A stretch of DNA of 64,000 nucleotides from an uncultured Nitrospiraceae bacterium (GTDB taxonomy: Bacteria > Nitrospirota > Thermodesulfovibrionia > Thermodesulfovibrionales > Dissulfurispiraceae), in assembly GCA_963727805.1 (NCBI GenBank), contig CAVSHF010000003.1, forward strand, positions 768,001 to 832,000, read 5' to 3'. A program made the translations under genes and the position numbers. A model generated the notes under the pieces. That model made no database searches. It was not told the origin of the DNA and was given only the letters and a program-made list of their open reading frames with translations. Numbering within the stretch: the stretch's first letter is position 1; every line of letters starts with the position of its first letter. This document shows, piece by piece, positions 1-10,858 of this stretch.

Positions 1-206
1 TACTTGCCTACCATTACACTGCTTGCTTTTATAAGCACGACTACATCGTCACCAACCTTCAAAGCAAGATCGTTGACGGCATCTACGGTGATCGTAGAAC
101 TGATAATGTTACCGCCGCCGATGTCGACCTTCACTCTTGCCATTACTGACCCTGTAAGAATGTCTATTACTTTGCCTTTAATCTGGTTCCTAGTGCTTAA
201 CTTCAT
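1..206 (-). CDS. mop: Molybdenum-pterin binding (Mop/TOBE) protein, 68 aa; stop codon clipped by window edge
   Basis: Manual translation MKLSTRNQIKGKVIDILTGSVMARVKVDIGGGNIISSTITVDAVNDLALKVGDDVVVLIKASSVMVGK; S-x-RNQ and IKAS TOBE motifs; AGGAGG RBS; absent from ORF track. Confidence 0.92.
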   Translation of the reverse strand, partial: MKLSTRNQIKGKVIDILTGSVMARVKVDIGGGNIISSTITVDAVNDLALKVGDDVVVLIKASSVMVGK

Positions 207-378
207 CTGAATCCTCCTTGTCTCAAAGTCTGATATTTATTAGCTTCTCTTGCAGCGCCTCTGAAGTTAACCCCTTACTGCGTGCACACTTCTAATAAAA
301 AATAGTAATTTCATCGCCGCGTAGCAAATATAGGGGGCTTAAAGCACTATATATGCACAGCAGCCTATAAGCTGCATG

Positions 379-687
379 TTAATTATTTATTCTGCTATGT
401 TTGCGAATGTGATCAACTTCAGGCTGCATATGCCAGTTAATGCATGACTGAAGGCTTCCGAGCAGCCTATCGGCTTCTTTGGTTCCCGAGATGAGAAAAT
501 CAATCAGTTCAATGTCCTGAATTACCTCATACCAATCCAATGCATCCCAGGAAGCCAGACACGGGGTTTCAAATACATACGCTGACTGGGGGTTACGGCA
601 AGAGCCGACATGCATGCCGATATATAACTTAAGAGCAGTGATCAAGGCGCTAATCTTTGCGACTTCCGGCACGGACTTGCCTTTCAT
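379..687 (-). CDS. Hypothetical protein
   Basis: 102-aa ORF directly downstream of and co-oriented with the FDH gene; no recognisable motif. Confidence 0.35.
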   Translation of the reverse strand: MKGKSVPEVAKISALITALKLYIGMHVGSCRNPQSAYVFETPCLASWDALDWYEVIQDIELIDFLISGTKEADRLLGSLQSCINWHMQPEVDHIRKHSRINN

Positions 688-706
688 AATGATTCAATTA
701 TCCAGT

Positions 707-3394
707 TCATTGCAGAGCCGTTTTCTCTATCTTAACTGCCGAGAATTTATATTCGGGGGTTCCGGTTATCGGGTCTTTGTGACTCGACGTCAGGATGTTT
801 GTGAGTGCATCCTGATGATGGAAAGCAAGAAAGACAACTCCATGCTGAGATCTCTCTGTAATTTTTCCCTTCACTCGGATCTTTCCGCGACGAGAGCTAA
901 TATCGACCATCTCTCCGTCATTGACGCCAAGACGCTCAGCATCAGCCGGATTTATTTCGAGCAGTTCTTCGGGGAACAGCTCCGCGATGCCCGCAGCGCG
1001 CCGTGTCATCGAGCCGTTATTATAGTGTTCACGCCGCCTACCAGTTATGAGGATGAGAGGATATTCCTGATCGGGCACCTCGCCTGGGCCTTTGTACTCC
1101 AGTGGAACGAACCTAGCCTTTCCGCTGGGACGCGAAAATAATTCCTGGTATAGTGTGGTAGTTCCGGGATGCTCTTTTGTCGGACAGGGCCACTGGATGC
1201 CGCCATTGTCGAGCCGGTCATAGGAAATGCCGCCGTAGATCGGTGTTAAGCTCGCGATTTCATCCATAATTTGAGACGGATGGCGATATGACATAGGATA
1301 ACCCATTCGGGTCGAGAGCTCACAGATAACCTGCCATTCAGCCATACCTGAAAGAGGCTCGATGGCTTTGCGCACACGCTGGATGCGACGTTCGCCGTTT
1401 GTGAAGGTGCCATCCTTCTCCGCGAAGCTGGCACCGGGCAGGATTACATGGGCAAAGCGAGTAGTCTCAGTATGGAATATATCCTGGACTACCAGAAAGT
1501 CAAGAGATGACAGGGCTTTGCGGACATGATGAATGTCTGCGTCGGTATGAGCCTGGTCTTCGCCCAGTATGAAGAGTCCCTTGAACTCGCCGTGGGCCGC
1601 CTTATCCAGCATCTCGCAAGACTTGAGGCCGATCTCGGGAGAAAGCTTGAGGCCCCAGGCTTTTTCGAATTTCTCACGTACCTCATTGTTCGTAACAGAC
1701 TGATAACCGGGGAATGTAGCCGGCATAGGCCCCATATCAGTTGCGCCCTGAACGTTGTTCTGTCCGCGCAGAGCCATTATACCTGTAGAAGGGCGTCCGA
1801 TATGGCCGCAGCTTAGGGCGAGGTTGGCAATGGCTATTGCGTTCTCGGTACCGTTTCGGTGCTCGGTAACGCCCAGACCATAGAGGATCATCGCGCGTTC
1901 CGCCTTTGCATACATGCGTGCGGCTGCAACGAGGCGGTCAGGTGAGACGCCTGTGATTCCTTCTACCATTTCAGGTGTATAATCTTTAACTGCGGCTCTT
2001 AGATCTTCAAGCCCCTCCGTCCGCCTCTCGATGAATTCCTTATTATGCCATCCTTCCTTAAGGATCACATGGACCAACCCGTTTAGGAGTGCGACATTTG
2101 TTCCAGGCTTCAGGTTCAGCCAGATTTTGGCTTTGTTGACAAGCTCGATTTTGCGCGGATCTCCCACGATCATCTTGGCACCCCTTCTGAGCGCCTTGTT
2201 AACGTGCAGAGATACAATAGGATGACCCTCCGTCGTGTTGGAGCCAAATACAAAGAGAACGTCAGTTCCAGCTATCTGATTAAATGAATTGCTTGCTGCC
2301 CCAGCTCCCAGCGAGGTGGCCAGCCCGGCCACCGTTGGAGCGTGTCAGACCCGAGCGCAGTTATCGACATTGTTGGTGCCGAGGACCGCGCGGACCCATT
2401 TGGACATAAGATAATTTTCTTCATTTGTACAACGCGACGATGAGAAGCCTCCAACCGATTGCGGCCCGTAGCGTTCCTTCAGCTCTGTGAATTTCTGTGA
2501 CATGAGCGAGAGTGCCTCATCCCACGATGCTGGTCTGAAGTCGTTCCCTTCTCTGATAAGTGGTGTTGTGATACGGTCCTTGTGATGGATAAACTCGTAG
2601 CCAAATCGGCCTTTGATGCAGAGATTGCCGCCGTTAACAGGCGCACTGTAATCGGAGGTTACCCGAATTACCTTGCCGTCCTTCACGTTGAGATAGAAAT
2701 TGCATCCTGTCCCGCAATATGTGCAGGTCGTCTTGACCTTGTTTACTCCGCGAGTGCGGCCCTTACCCATCGATGGCCTTTCTACAAGGGCGCCGACAGG
2801 ACAGGTTGATATACACTGTCCGCAGAAGACGCAGTTATCCGGGCTTTTGGGCAAACTGAAGGCTGTGTCCGGGATAGTAGTGAAACCCCTTCCGACCAGG
2901 TCGATAGTTCCTTTTGTCACTACCTCATGGCATATTCTGACGCACCGCCCGCAGAGGATGCATTTGTTCGGATCGAAATAGACGAGGGGATTGTCGTCGC
3001 AAATCGGGAGGTTTCTGGGGGTCCCTGCAAGAGTATCAGGCTTGACTTCATAGAAATAGGCGAGTTCCTGCAGGTCGCAAACGCCCGACTTTTCACATAC
3101 CATACAATCATTGGGATGGTCGGAAAGGATGAGTGAAAGGACCGATCGTCTTAATGCGGTGATCTGTGTGCTCTCTGTCGTAATCTCCATTGATTCGGCA
3201 ACTGGCGTTGTGCATGCAGTAAGAGGACGGGGGACACCTTTGATTTCGACTACACAGAGCCGGCATCCGCCATAGGGTTCCAGTCGTTCATCATGACAGA
3301 GCGTTGGAATATATATACCGGCCTCTCTGCAGGCTTCGAGAACAGTTTTGCCCACCTCGGTTTTGATCGTTTTGCCGTTGATTTTAATCTCCAT
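707..3394 (-). CDS. fdhF: Selenocysteine-containing formate dehydrogenase alpha subunit (~895 aa) with N-terminal 2Fe-2S/4Fe-4S domains
   Basis: ORFs 2345..3529 and 707..2332 are in frame and joined by TGA (2345-2347) in NVDNCARV-U-HAPTVAGL; CTYCGTGC, LRGQNNVQG and molybdopterin-binding motifs; ATG at 3394 has GGAGG RBS. Confidence 0.95.
2315..2333 (-). promoter_or_regulatory. Bacterial SECIS hairpin
   Basis: GGTGGCC-GGGCT-GGCCACC perfect 7-bp stem starting 11 nt after the in-frame UGA. Confidence 0.85.
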
Positions 3395-3715
3395 CTGCAT
3401 ATCCTCCGCGAAAAAACTTATAGTTGTTGCCGATTTAATTTTCAGGTCGCGATATATCGCATATACCCAAAGCAAACAATAAATAATGAGGCCAAGTTGG
3501 CGTTGCGTCAATATTAGCATAACGCCCATTTATTTTCAATCTATCCATTATTAAATCGAAGACCACCCTGTATACAGTCACCCTCAATTCTTGACCTTCA
3601 TTCTCTTGCAGTGATAAGCTTTGCCGTGAAATATATTTTAGTTACACTGACATTGTGAAGCGTTAGCTCTATTTGCGCTCAATCTTTCTTAATCAGCCGA
3701 CAGGAGGGTACCGCC

Positions 3716-4108
3716 ATGTCTAATAAATGTCGTACATTTACCATGCGAACCAAAATATGGATTGAGGACGATGCTGGAAAGGTTGTCTTCGGTGCAGGAA
3801 GGTTCAGAATACTCAAGGCAGTTGAAGAGCATGGATCTCTCTCAGCGGCGGCGAAGGCCCTTGGAATGAGCTATAGGGGTGTGTGGGGGAAGATCAGGGC
3901 TACAGAGGATCGCTTGGGTAAACAACTGTTGCAGAAACAGACTGGAGGGATCAGTGGAGGCGGGTCTGAACTTACTCCGTTTGCAGATAACCTTCTAAAT
4001 AGCTACAATCAGCTGCAGAGCAAGACACGGGCGAAGGCTGATAGTTTTTTCCGTGATGTATTTGTCGATGAGTTGGCAGATAAAAAAGATCACAGGAAGT
4101 GTAAATGA
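3716..4108 (+). CDS. ModE-family winged-helix transcriptional regulator (HTH domain only)
   Basis: KIWIE..VFGAGRFRILKAVEEHGSLSAAAKALGMSYRGVW..GGISGGGSELT; GGAGG RBS. Confidence 0.88.
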   Translation: MSNKCRTFTMRTKIWIEDDAGKVVFGAGRFRILKAVEEHGSLSAAAKALGMSYRGVWGKIRATEDRLGKQLLQKQTGGISGGGSELTPFADNLLNSYNQLQSKTRAKADSFFRDVFVDELADKKDHRKCK

Positions 4109-4289
4109 GACTAGTCTTCTGTTCTTCGGGGACGCTGACAAGAGCATAGCTTGAAGATATTGTGACCGTAACAGCTTCCCTCTGTGTGTATCCGAAGTCT
4201 TTGAGCACTATCTCACTAATACTGTGCAGTCTATTCATTAAATCAACTGTTATATATGGACTCCACTGCTATATAGAATTGGGCAATCA

Positions 4290-5072
4290 CTATTTCTTTT
4301 TGCTTATAACCGATGGTACCGCGTCCGGATAGAAAAGATTGATTCCATGCTTTACATACTTGGCTATCAGCGTCTGTCCTTCCGGTGCCGTAACGAACGA
4401 TATAAAATCCATGGCTTCTCTATATTTAACATTCGGAAACTTATCTGGATTGACAGCTATGACGCTGTAATTATTCCTGAGCAAAGAGTCTCCTTTATAA
4501 AGGATCTTCAGGGCAATCTTTGTCTCGTAATTAAGAAACGTTCCCATATCAGTGATCGTATAAGCTTTTTTCTGATCGGCAGCAATTAATGTGTCTCCCA
4601 TTTTGGTGCCGGTTTCAAAATACCAGCCTTTGCTCTTGGGATTTATGCCTGCATCTTCCCAGATGTCCAATTCCTTTATATTGGTGCCCGAATCATCTCC
4701 CCGCGATACAAAAGGTTCGCCTGTAGCTGCTATCTCCTCAAATGCCTCTATCGCGGTCTTTGCCCGCTTGATCTTCGCAGGGTCTTTATCGGGGCCCACG
4801 ATAACAAAATCATTATGCATGACTGCTCTCCTGTTTACTCCATACCCCTCGGCGACAAACTTCTCCTCCCTGAATGGATCATGAACAAAAAGCATATCAG
4901 CCTGGCCCTGTTTTGCGATCTTTATAGCCTTGCCGGTTCCCACTGCTATAACCTCAATCTTCAAATCATATCGTGACGACTTTTCGAAGACTGGAATGAG
5001 AATATCGAAGAGACCGGAATTTTGCGTACTCGTGGTCGATGCGATGATAAGTTTTGTCTTTTGTTTTGGCAT
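4290..5072 (-). CDS. TupA-like tungstate-binding protein lacking an obvious signal peptide
   Basis: ASTTSTQNSGL, VGTGKA, MHNDFVIVGP, FVSRGDDSGT motifs; ATG 5072 with AGGAG RBS. Confidence 0.88.
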   Translation of the reverse strand: MPKQKTKLIIASTTSTQNSGLFDILIPVFEKSSRYDLKIEVIAVGTGKAIKIAKQGQADMLFVHDPFREEKFVAEGYGVNRRAVMHNDFVIVGPDKDPAKIKRAKTAIEAFEEIAATGEPFVSRGDDSGTNIKELDIWEDAGINPKSKGWYFETGTKMGDTLIAADQKKAYTITDMGTFLNYETKIALKILYKGDSLLRNNYSVIAVNPDKFPNVKYREAMDFISFVTAPEGQTLIAKYVKHGINLFYPDAVPSVISKKK

Positions 5073-5563
5073 ATAAATCTCCTCATTTGTATCACAGAAT
5101 CGTACATCTGCCCTCAAAGGGACCCACTATACGAATACTAGATAAGACCTGAACAGTCAAGCGGAGGCCGTGAAGAGTTAACATTGGCGCCATCTGCGAT
5201 CCTCGGAATGCGTGGTTCTGCGGAATGTGCTAGATCATTTGATTGCACATGAAATCTATTCACCGTCTTGATGAATGTATTTAATTTGACTTGTAAGGCA
5301 GCGAGATCCTATGTTTATTTATGACGGTAAGAAGTACAGCTTTAGCATGACGAGATAATAACATGCCAATATTCTATGGCCCTATCCGACAAAAGACCAC
5401 CTCTGCACCGTAGCGCTATATTAGGAGATGGTTTCGTGGCCTGGTGGAAGGAGGCGCTTTGTATCTTTGCAGCACAAAGACCCGATTATGGCTGCCTGGA
5501 ATACAAATCATCGACCGTTACAATAGAAGAAAACAGACACGAGTTACAGTGCAAGGGGATAAT

Positions 5564-6421
5564 ATGAAAACGGTAAGATTTTATCTGCTGACATTTCTAA
5601 TACTTCTATGGACCGTATCGATATCTTTCGCTCAGGAGAAATGCAACGCTGTTTACGGAAGCGGTGCAAATAAGTTTATGTTGGCCACAGGAAGTCCCGG
5701 TGAGTTAGGCATTCTGAAGGTCCTCGGTGAGACATTCAGCAAGGAAAATGATTCGACCCTCTGCTGGATTAAGGCTGGTTCCGGGGACTCACTCAGGCTC
5801 CTGAAGGAAAAGAACGTAGATATGATTATGGTGCATGCGCCCGCTGCGGAGAAGAAGGCTATCGCCGAGGGCTGGGCGACTAAACACTTGCTAATCGGCT
5901 CCAATGAATTTTACATCGTCGGTCCTGCTGATGATCCCGCGAACATTCAAGCGGCTAAGAGCGCTACCGACGCCTATCGGAGGATCGCTTCGGCAAAGGC
6001 AGAATTCTTTTCTAGAGGGGATAGCTCGGGCACTAACAAAAAGGAGATGGCTGTCTGGCAGAAGGCTGGCATAATACCTTCTGGTCAATGGTATATAGTC
6101 ACCAAAGACTTCATGACCGCAACCCTGAAGAGGGCTAATCAGGAGAAAGGTTATTTCATGACCGACAGCAGCACATGGGCTGCCGAAAGAAAGAGTATGC
6201 CCAATTTAAAGATACTTTTCAGGGGCGATAAATTTCTCATCAACACCTACCACACACTTGCCCAGCCGGCAGGGGTAACACCCGGCTCGGAGATTGCTGC
6301 TAAGTTTATAGACTTTGTGGTGTCGGGAAAGGGCCAGAAAATAATCAGCGACTTCGGTAAAGAGCAATTCGGCGAAGGACTGTACAATGATGCATCTTAT
6401 GCGCAACAATCTGATGATTAG
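5564..6421 (+). CDS. TupA-family (PBP_like_2) substrate-binding protein, divergent
   Basis: Signal peptide; NEFYIVGP, FFSRGDSSGT; ATGSPGELG in place of TTTS. Confidence 0.85.
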   Translation: MKTVRFYLLTFLILLWTVSISFAQEKCNAVYGSGANKFMLATGSPGELGILKVLGETFSKENDSTLCWIKAGSGDSLRLLKEKNVDMIMVHAPAAEKKAIAEGWATKHLLIGSNEFYIVGPADDPANIQAAKSATDAYRRIASAKAEFFSRGDSSGTNKKEMAVWQKAGIIPSGQWYIVTKDFMTATLKRANQEKGYFMTDSSTWAAERKSMPNLKILFRGDKFLINTYHTLAQPAGVTPGSEIAAKFIDFVVSGKGQKIISDFGKEQFGEGLYNDASYAQQSDD

Positions 6422-6467
6422 GCAATTCGAAAATATCACAAGAATAGCGATAGGGGAGACAATATCC

Positions 6468-7292
6468 ATGATGAGAAAGTTACTTGCATTGGTAGTACTC
6501 GTTTCAGCAATGGTGGTGTGCTGCTGGTCCTATTCATTTGCGGCCGATAGGGAAATAATCTGTTCATCGACAACGAGCACAGAGAATTCTGGACTCTTCA
6601 GTTACATCCTGCCTATGTTCGAAAAGAAGACAGGCATTAAGGTAAAGGTGGTTGCCCGCGGGACGGGAGCTGCCATCGAAATGGGGAAACGCGGGGACGC
6701 CGATGTGTCCTTTGTCCATGCCAAAGAGCAGGAACTAAAGGCGGTAGAAGAAGGCTTCTTTGTCGACCGACACGATGTCATGTATAACGACTTTGTGATC
6801 ATCGGTCCTGTCAATGATCCCGCGAATATAAAGAGCGAAAAATCGACTACCGAGGCATTCAAGAAAATTGCCGCATCGTCGATATTCGTGTCGCGTGGGG
6901 ATAATTCCGGCACGAATACAAAGGAGTTATCCATTTGGAAGAAGGCGGCAATAGAGACCAAAGGGCAGAAGTGGTATCTCGAAGTGGGGCAGGGGATGGA
7001 AAAGACCCAACGGATCGCTGACGAAAAACATGCGTACACTCTAACGGACAGGGGTACCTGGCTGGCGACGAAGGACAAGGACAGGCTTGAGATGGCCATC
7101 GTTCTTGAGGGCGATCCGACCTTGTTCAACCAGTATGGTGTCATGGCGGTTAATCCTGCAAAGTATAAGCATGTGAAATATAAAGAAGCGATGGAGTTCA
7201 TCAATTGGCTGATATCTAGGGAAGGCCAGCAGGCAATCGCTTCTTTCAAGGACAAGAACGGTAATCCGCTCTTTATCCCGAACGCAAAGTAA
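6468..7292 (+). CDS. tupA: Tungstate ABC transporter substrate-binding protein
   Basis: Signal peptide; SSTTSTENSGL, GTGAA, MYNDFVIIGP, SRGDNSGT, DRGT motifs. Confidence 0.9.
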   Translation: MMRKLLALVVLVSAMVVCCWSYSFAADREIICSSTTSTENSGLFSYILPMFEKKTGIKVKVVARGTGAAIEMGKRGDADVSFVHAKEQELKAVEEGFFVDRHDVMYNDFVIIGPVNDPANIKSEKSTTEAFKKIAASSIFVSRGDNSGTNTKELSIWKKAAIETKGQKWYLEVGQGMEKTQRIADEKHAYTLTDRGTWLATKDKDRLEMAIVLEGDPTLFNQYGVMAVNPAKYKHVKYKEAMEFINWLISREGQQAIASFKDKNGNPLFIPNAK

Positions 7293-7371
7293 GGGAAAGA
7301 CCGGCTCTTTCCTGAAGAAATCCTCGGGTTAGGCAGTCCTCAAAATGCGGGCACTACAGGAAGGACATCTC

Positions 7372-7481
7372 GCCTAACACGTAGCCTCGGAAATAAGAGT
7401 TTCTTTCAGAAAAAACATTTTTGGCGAAATGGCCGGGGTATTGATTGTCAGGATAATATTTCCAGGATAAGAGCGTTAGTC
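7372..7481 (+). repeat. Possible solitary attC-like site
   Basis: GCCTAAC ... CCTCGGAAATA / TATTTCCAGG (one extra base) ... GTTAGTC. Confidence 0.4.
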
Positions 7482-7735
7482 TATCGGGTATAAACATTGT
7501 GCAATGAGCTGTATCTGCATACTGTGGACTTTAAGCAGTAGAAATTTGTAAGGTTGAATGGAGCTTTGCGGCTGTAAAAGCACGTTAACGCTTCACAGAC
7601 ATAAAGAAAATGTCTCAGAGAGCTTTTATTGTTATCATGAAGAAAGGTTGGAGAATCGGAATACATATAGCGAATACAAGGCCGACGACCTAAGTCCAGT
7701 GCCGGAAGATTAATGGAAGAATATTTTCAAAAAAC

Positions 7736-8590
7736 ATGAAGACTGGATTAAGATTAGGGTTGGCAATATTGTGCTTATACGCGGTGTTTTTATCCCTTAG
7801 TAGCGGGAATGCTAATGCGGAAGATGGTGAAGTCCAGACCTCCGATCCCTGTTCAGCCGCAAACCCGTCTGCATTGTTTTATCTTTTGGATCGTCCAACC
7901 TTTTCAGACAGTGCCTGCTCTGTCCCATTTAGGCATATAGTTTTAGAATTAGGCTTGATTCGAGCAAATCTAAGAGGCGAGGGGAGCGGTAAGGCTGACA
8001 GTTACCCACAGGCCGAAGTGAGATTCGGACTTCCAGGCCGGAATGAGTTTAAAATACTTGCTCCCAACTACACGAGCCAGAGGTCGGAGACCCGACAGGA
8101 GGCATCCTCCGGCCTTTCTGCTGCCGGCATCGGGTTCAAACACGAGTTGGGATATGCCGGCAAATGGCTTGGCTCAGTGGAAGCCGTTCTGACCCTACCC
8201 TCTGGCAATGATGTTTTTGGGAGCCGAGGGTTAGGCACTACGATAAATGGGATAGTAGCATATTCACTTAGTGCTCATGTTGGATTGTCTCTCCAGCTTG
8301 GCATAAGCTCTTTGACTGACTCAGTCTCGGCTGGAGGCGGACGCTTCACGAGTTTTAACCAGTTTTTTGCGGCTACATGGAATCCCATCGAGCGGCTACA
8401 GTTATACGGCGAGGTCTATGGCCAAACGAAAACAGCGCGAAGCGAGGGAGCCGGCTACAACTTCGATGGTGGCCTCCAGTACCTTGTTACTCGCTGCTTA
8501 GTGGCTGATCTCGAAACGGGTGTGCGACTAACCGGCAATCTTGGAGGCTTCACCCATTACTACGGGGTGGGCGTTGGAATTCTTTTTTAA
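7736..8590 (+). CDS. Outer-membrane beta-barrel 'transporter' family protein
   Basis: Signal peptide, DRPTFSDSACSVP motif, alternating beta strands, C-terminal Phe. Confidence 0.7.
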   Translation: MKTGLRLGLAILCLYAVFLSLSSGNANAEDGEVQTSDPCSAANPSALFYLLDRPTFSDSACSVPFRHIVLELGLIRANLRGEGSGKADSYPQAEVRFGLPGRNEFKILAPNYTSQRSETRQEASSGLSAAGIGFKHELGYAGKWLGSVEAVLTLPSGNDVFGSRGLGTTINGIVAYSLSAHVGLSLQLGISSLTDSVSAGGGRFTSFNQFFAATWNPIERLQLYGEVYGQTKTARSEGAGYNFDGGLQYLVTRCLVADLETGVRLTGNLGGFTHYYGVGVGILF

Positions 8591-8640
8591 GTCCGAATAA
8601 AGACTTACCAGGCGACTTAGAAATCTATAGAGAATCCCGA

Positions 8641-9000
8641 ATGATTGCACGCCTTCGCGCCTATTCAGTATTAGTCGATGGGGAAAAGGTCCGCTCAGTA
8701 AAAGATGGTGCCACGGCAATAATTCCTCTCGCAGTGGGTTCACACAGTGTTTTAAATAAGATTGACTGGAAGAAAAGCAACACAATAACAATAAATACCG
8801 AAATTGAAAAAACCACAAAACTGAATATTGGCTATAAGAAACTTACAGGATGGAAGCTGTATGCGTTATCGGGAGCATGGATAATCACAGCTCTTATCGG
8901 CGCAACTATTGGAATTGGAGCACTTATTGGTATCGGCGTAGTCGGTTTCATGTTTAATCGTGTTGGCAGATTATATTTATATCAAGAACAAGAAACATAG
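8641..9000 (+). CDS. Hypothetical membrane protein
   Basis: 119-aa ORF with C-terminal hydrophobic segment. Confidence 0.55.
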   Translation: MIARLRAYSVLVDGEKVRSVKDGATAIIPLAVGSHSVLNKIDWKKSNTITINTEIEKTTKLNIGYKKLTGWKLYALSGAWIITALIGATIGIGALIGIGVVGFMFNRVGRLYLYQEQET

Positions 9001-9206
9001 TAGATTACAATCAAGGAATCGGCGGGAAACTTCCCCTTGATCGACAGCACCTGTCTCGATAGCTGGAAGAAACCTTGGATAATGAGCGGTTTCTCTGCGG
9101 CGATGACTTTAGGAGTAGAAACAATCGCCCAACAGAAGATATCCTGAATAATAGTTCTGATGTCGGTCTAACTTGATTGTAATTCGACGCGCATTATAAT
9201 ATCAGT

Positions 9207-9413
9207 ATGATCAGAAATAAGGATATCGCATTACAAGTTTTCTTTTTTGTCCTCGGGATGATGCTTGTGGTCTATGGCTGGCGTTCTTTTTTCAAGGGCC
9301 TGCTAGATATCGAACACAACTGGGTGCGCCTCGCCTTAGGTTTTTTCGCAGTGGGCTTGGGTCTTTTTATTTTTTATCTGCTCTTTCTGAGGAAATCAAA
9401 AAGAACCAAATAG
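9207..9413 (+). CDS. Small two-TM hypothetical protein
   Basis: Two hydrophobic helices and a basic tail. Confidence 0.55.
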   Translation: MIRNKDIALQVFFFVLGMMLVVYGWRSFFKGLLDIEHNWVRLALGFFAVGLGLFIFYLLFLRKSKRTK

Positions 9414-9649
9414 AAATCTTGTGGAGTTGCTGCAGTTTTAAGAACATGGCAATCAGATACCCTGTCCCTGGTCTGGACATGAAAGGTTTTCTCTCCCCTC
9501 GATGAACACCGGTAAAATAAAACGGCTTCACCGCGTCGGGGCAATCGCAATGATAACTAGGACACATTAGCCGCGGAACCCTGCGCTATCCGACACCAAA
9601 CTTGACGTAAGGGCAGTTCGTAGCCCTTGTTGGTCCTCGCATGTCTTGC

Positions 9650-10858
9650 TTACTCTCCAATCACCTGCCCGAACGGAATCCAGGTTTTGCCGTTGAACTT
9701 GATCAAAAACAACTCTTTGATTGGTTGATAATCGGTCGGACTTGTCGTTATTCTGATTCCGGGACGGAGCATCCCGAGCTCCAGATCTAGACTTGCAGCC
9801 TGCTTAATCACGTTCGCGCGGGTCAGATTGTCACCGCACTGCTTCAGCACTTCAACCAGCGCCTGCGCACGTTCGTAGCCAGCCACGTTGTTTTGATCTC
9901 TAATACTTGCCTGAGGATTGTATTTGTTCATCCAGTCGAGAAACTCGCGCACTGCTGGGTCTTGGCGTGCTTGCATATGCGTCCAACCCTTAGAGCGTGC
10001 GTTCGAGATTATTCCAACGGCTTTATCGAGGCCAGCGGGATCTAGGAAAGCAGCAATCGAGAGGGATGCGTTGGGAATGAATTGCTGTGGATGCCAGCCG
10101 ATGTCGTAGGCTATGCGAATCGCTTGGGTAGCAAACTTCCCCCATGCCAGGTTAATAAAAATATCGGCGCCAGAACTTTTTAGCGCCACGATATGCGAAG
10201 TGAGGTCTGCATCAGTATACTCGTAGGGAACTTCCTTTATGATCATCGTTGACGCCATATCCCCTAGACCATCGTGTATACCGGCAAGATACTCTTTGCC
10301 CGCATTGTTGTCAGCGTAAAGTACCGCTATTTTCGTATCAAGTTTGTTTTGAAGTATATACTTCGCGTAGGACAGTCCCTCCGTCCGGTATGTAGCGAAG
10401 AACCCCATTGTCCACGGGAAATGCGTCGGATCGTCCAAAGCCGCTGAGCTACTCTGGAGGAAAAGTTGCGGCACTTTCTTGTCATTTAGGTATATGCGGA
10501 TCGCCAGGTTGCTCTCAGTACCAAAGGAACTGAAGATCAGCAAAACCTCTTCCTGTTCGACTAGCTTATGCGCCAGTTCGATAGACTTGTTAACATTAGA
10601 GCCATCATCAACGGTTACAAAGTTGATCTTGCGACCATTTATTCCGCCACGATCGTTGATCATCTGAAAGTATGCAGCCTCTGCACGCCCTACAGCTCCG
10701 TATTCTGAGAACAGACCCGTGTAAGGACTGATATTGCCGATTTTGATCTCGGCGTCCGTGGCACCTGTGTCGTATTTCTTCTGAGCCACTGCAGGTGTAG
10801 CTACGAGCGCGATTGCGAACAGCGTCGCCGCAATATTGCGAAGTATGGAAAAGTTCAT
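9650..10858 (-). CDS. Branched-chain amino acid-type ABC transporter substrate-binding protein (orphan)
   Basis: Signal peptide; YDTGATDAEIKIG..PYTG, INDRGGINGRKI motifs; GGAGG RBS before 10858. Confidence 0.9.
   Translation of the reverse strand: MNFSILRNIAATLFAIALVATPAVAQKKYDTGATDAEIKIGNISPYTGLFSEYGAVGRAEAAYFQMINDRGGINGRKINFVTVDDGSNVNKSIELAHKLVEQEEVLLIFSSFGTESNLAIRIYLNDKKVPQLFLQSSSAALDDPTHFPWTMGFFATYRTEGLSYAKYILQNKLDTKIAVLYADNNAGKEYLAGIHDGLGDMASTMIIKEVPYEYTDADLTSHIVALKSSGADIFINLAWGKFATQAIRIAYDIGWHPQQFIPNASLSIAAFLDPAGLDKAVGIISNARSKGWTHMQARQDPAVREFLDWMNKYNPQASIRDQNNVAGYERAQALVEVLKQCGDNLTRANVIKQAASLDLELGMLRPGIRITTSPTDYQPIKELFLIKFNGKTWIPFGQVIGE

Noticed and set aside
4248..4276. TATAT-containing stretches as ModE boxes
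   Set aside because: Lies between convergent genes and the palindrome is weak.
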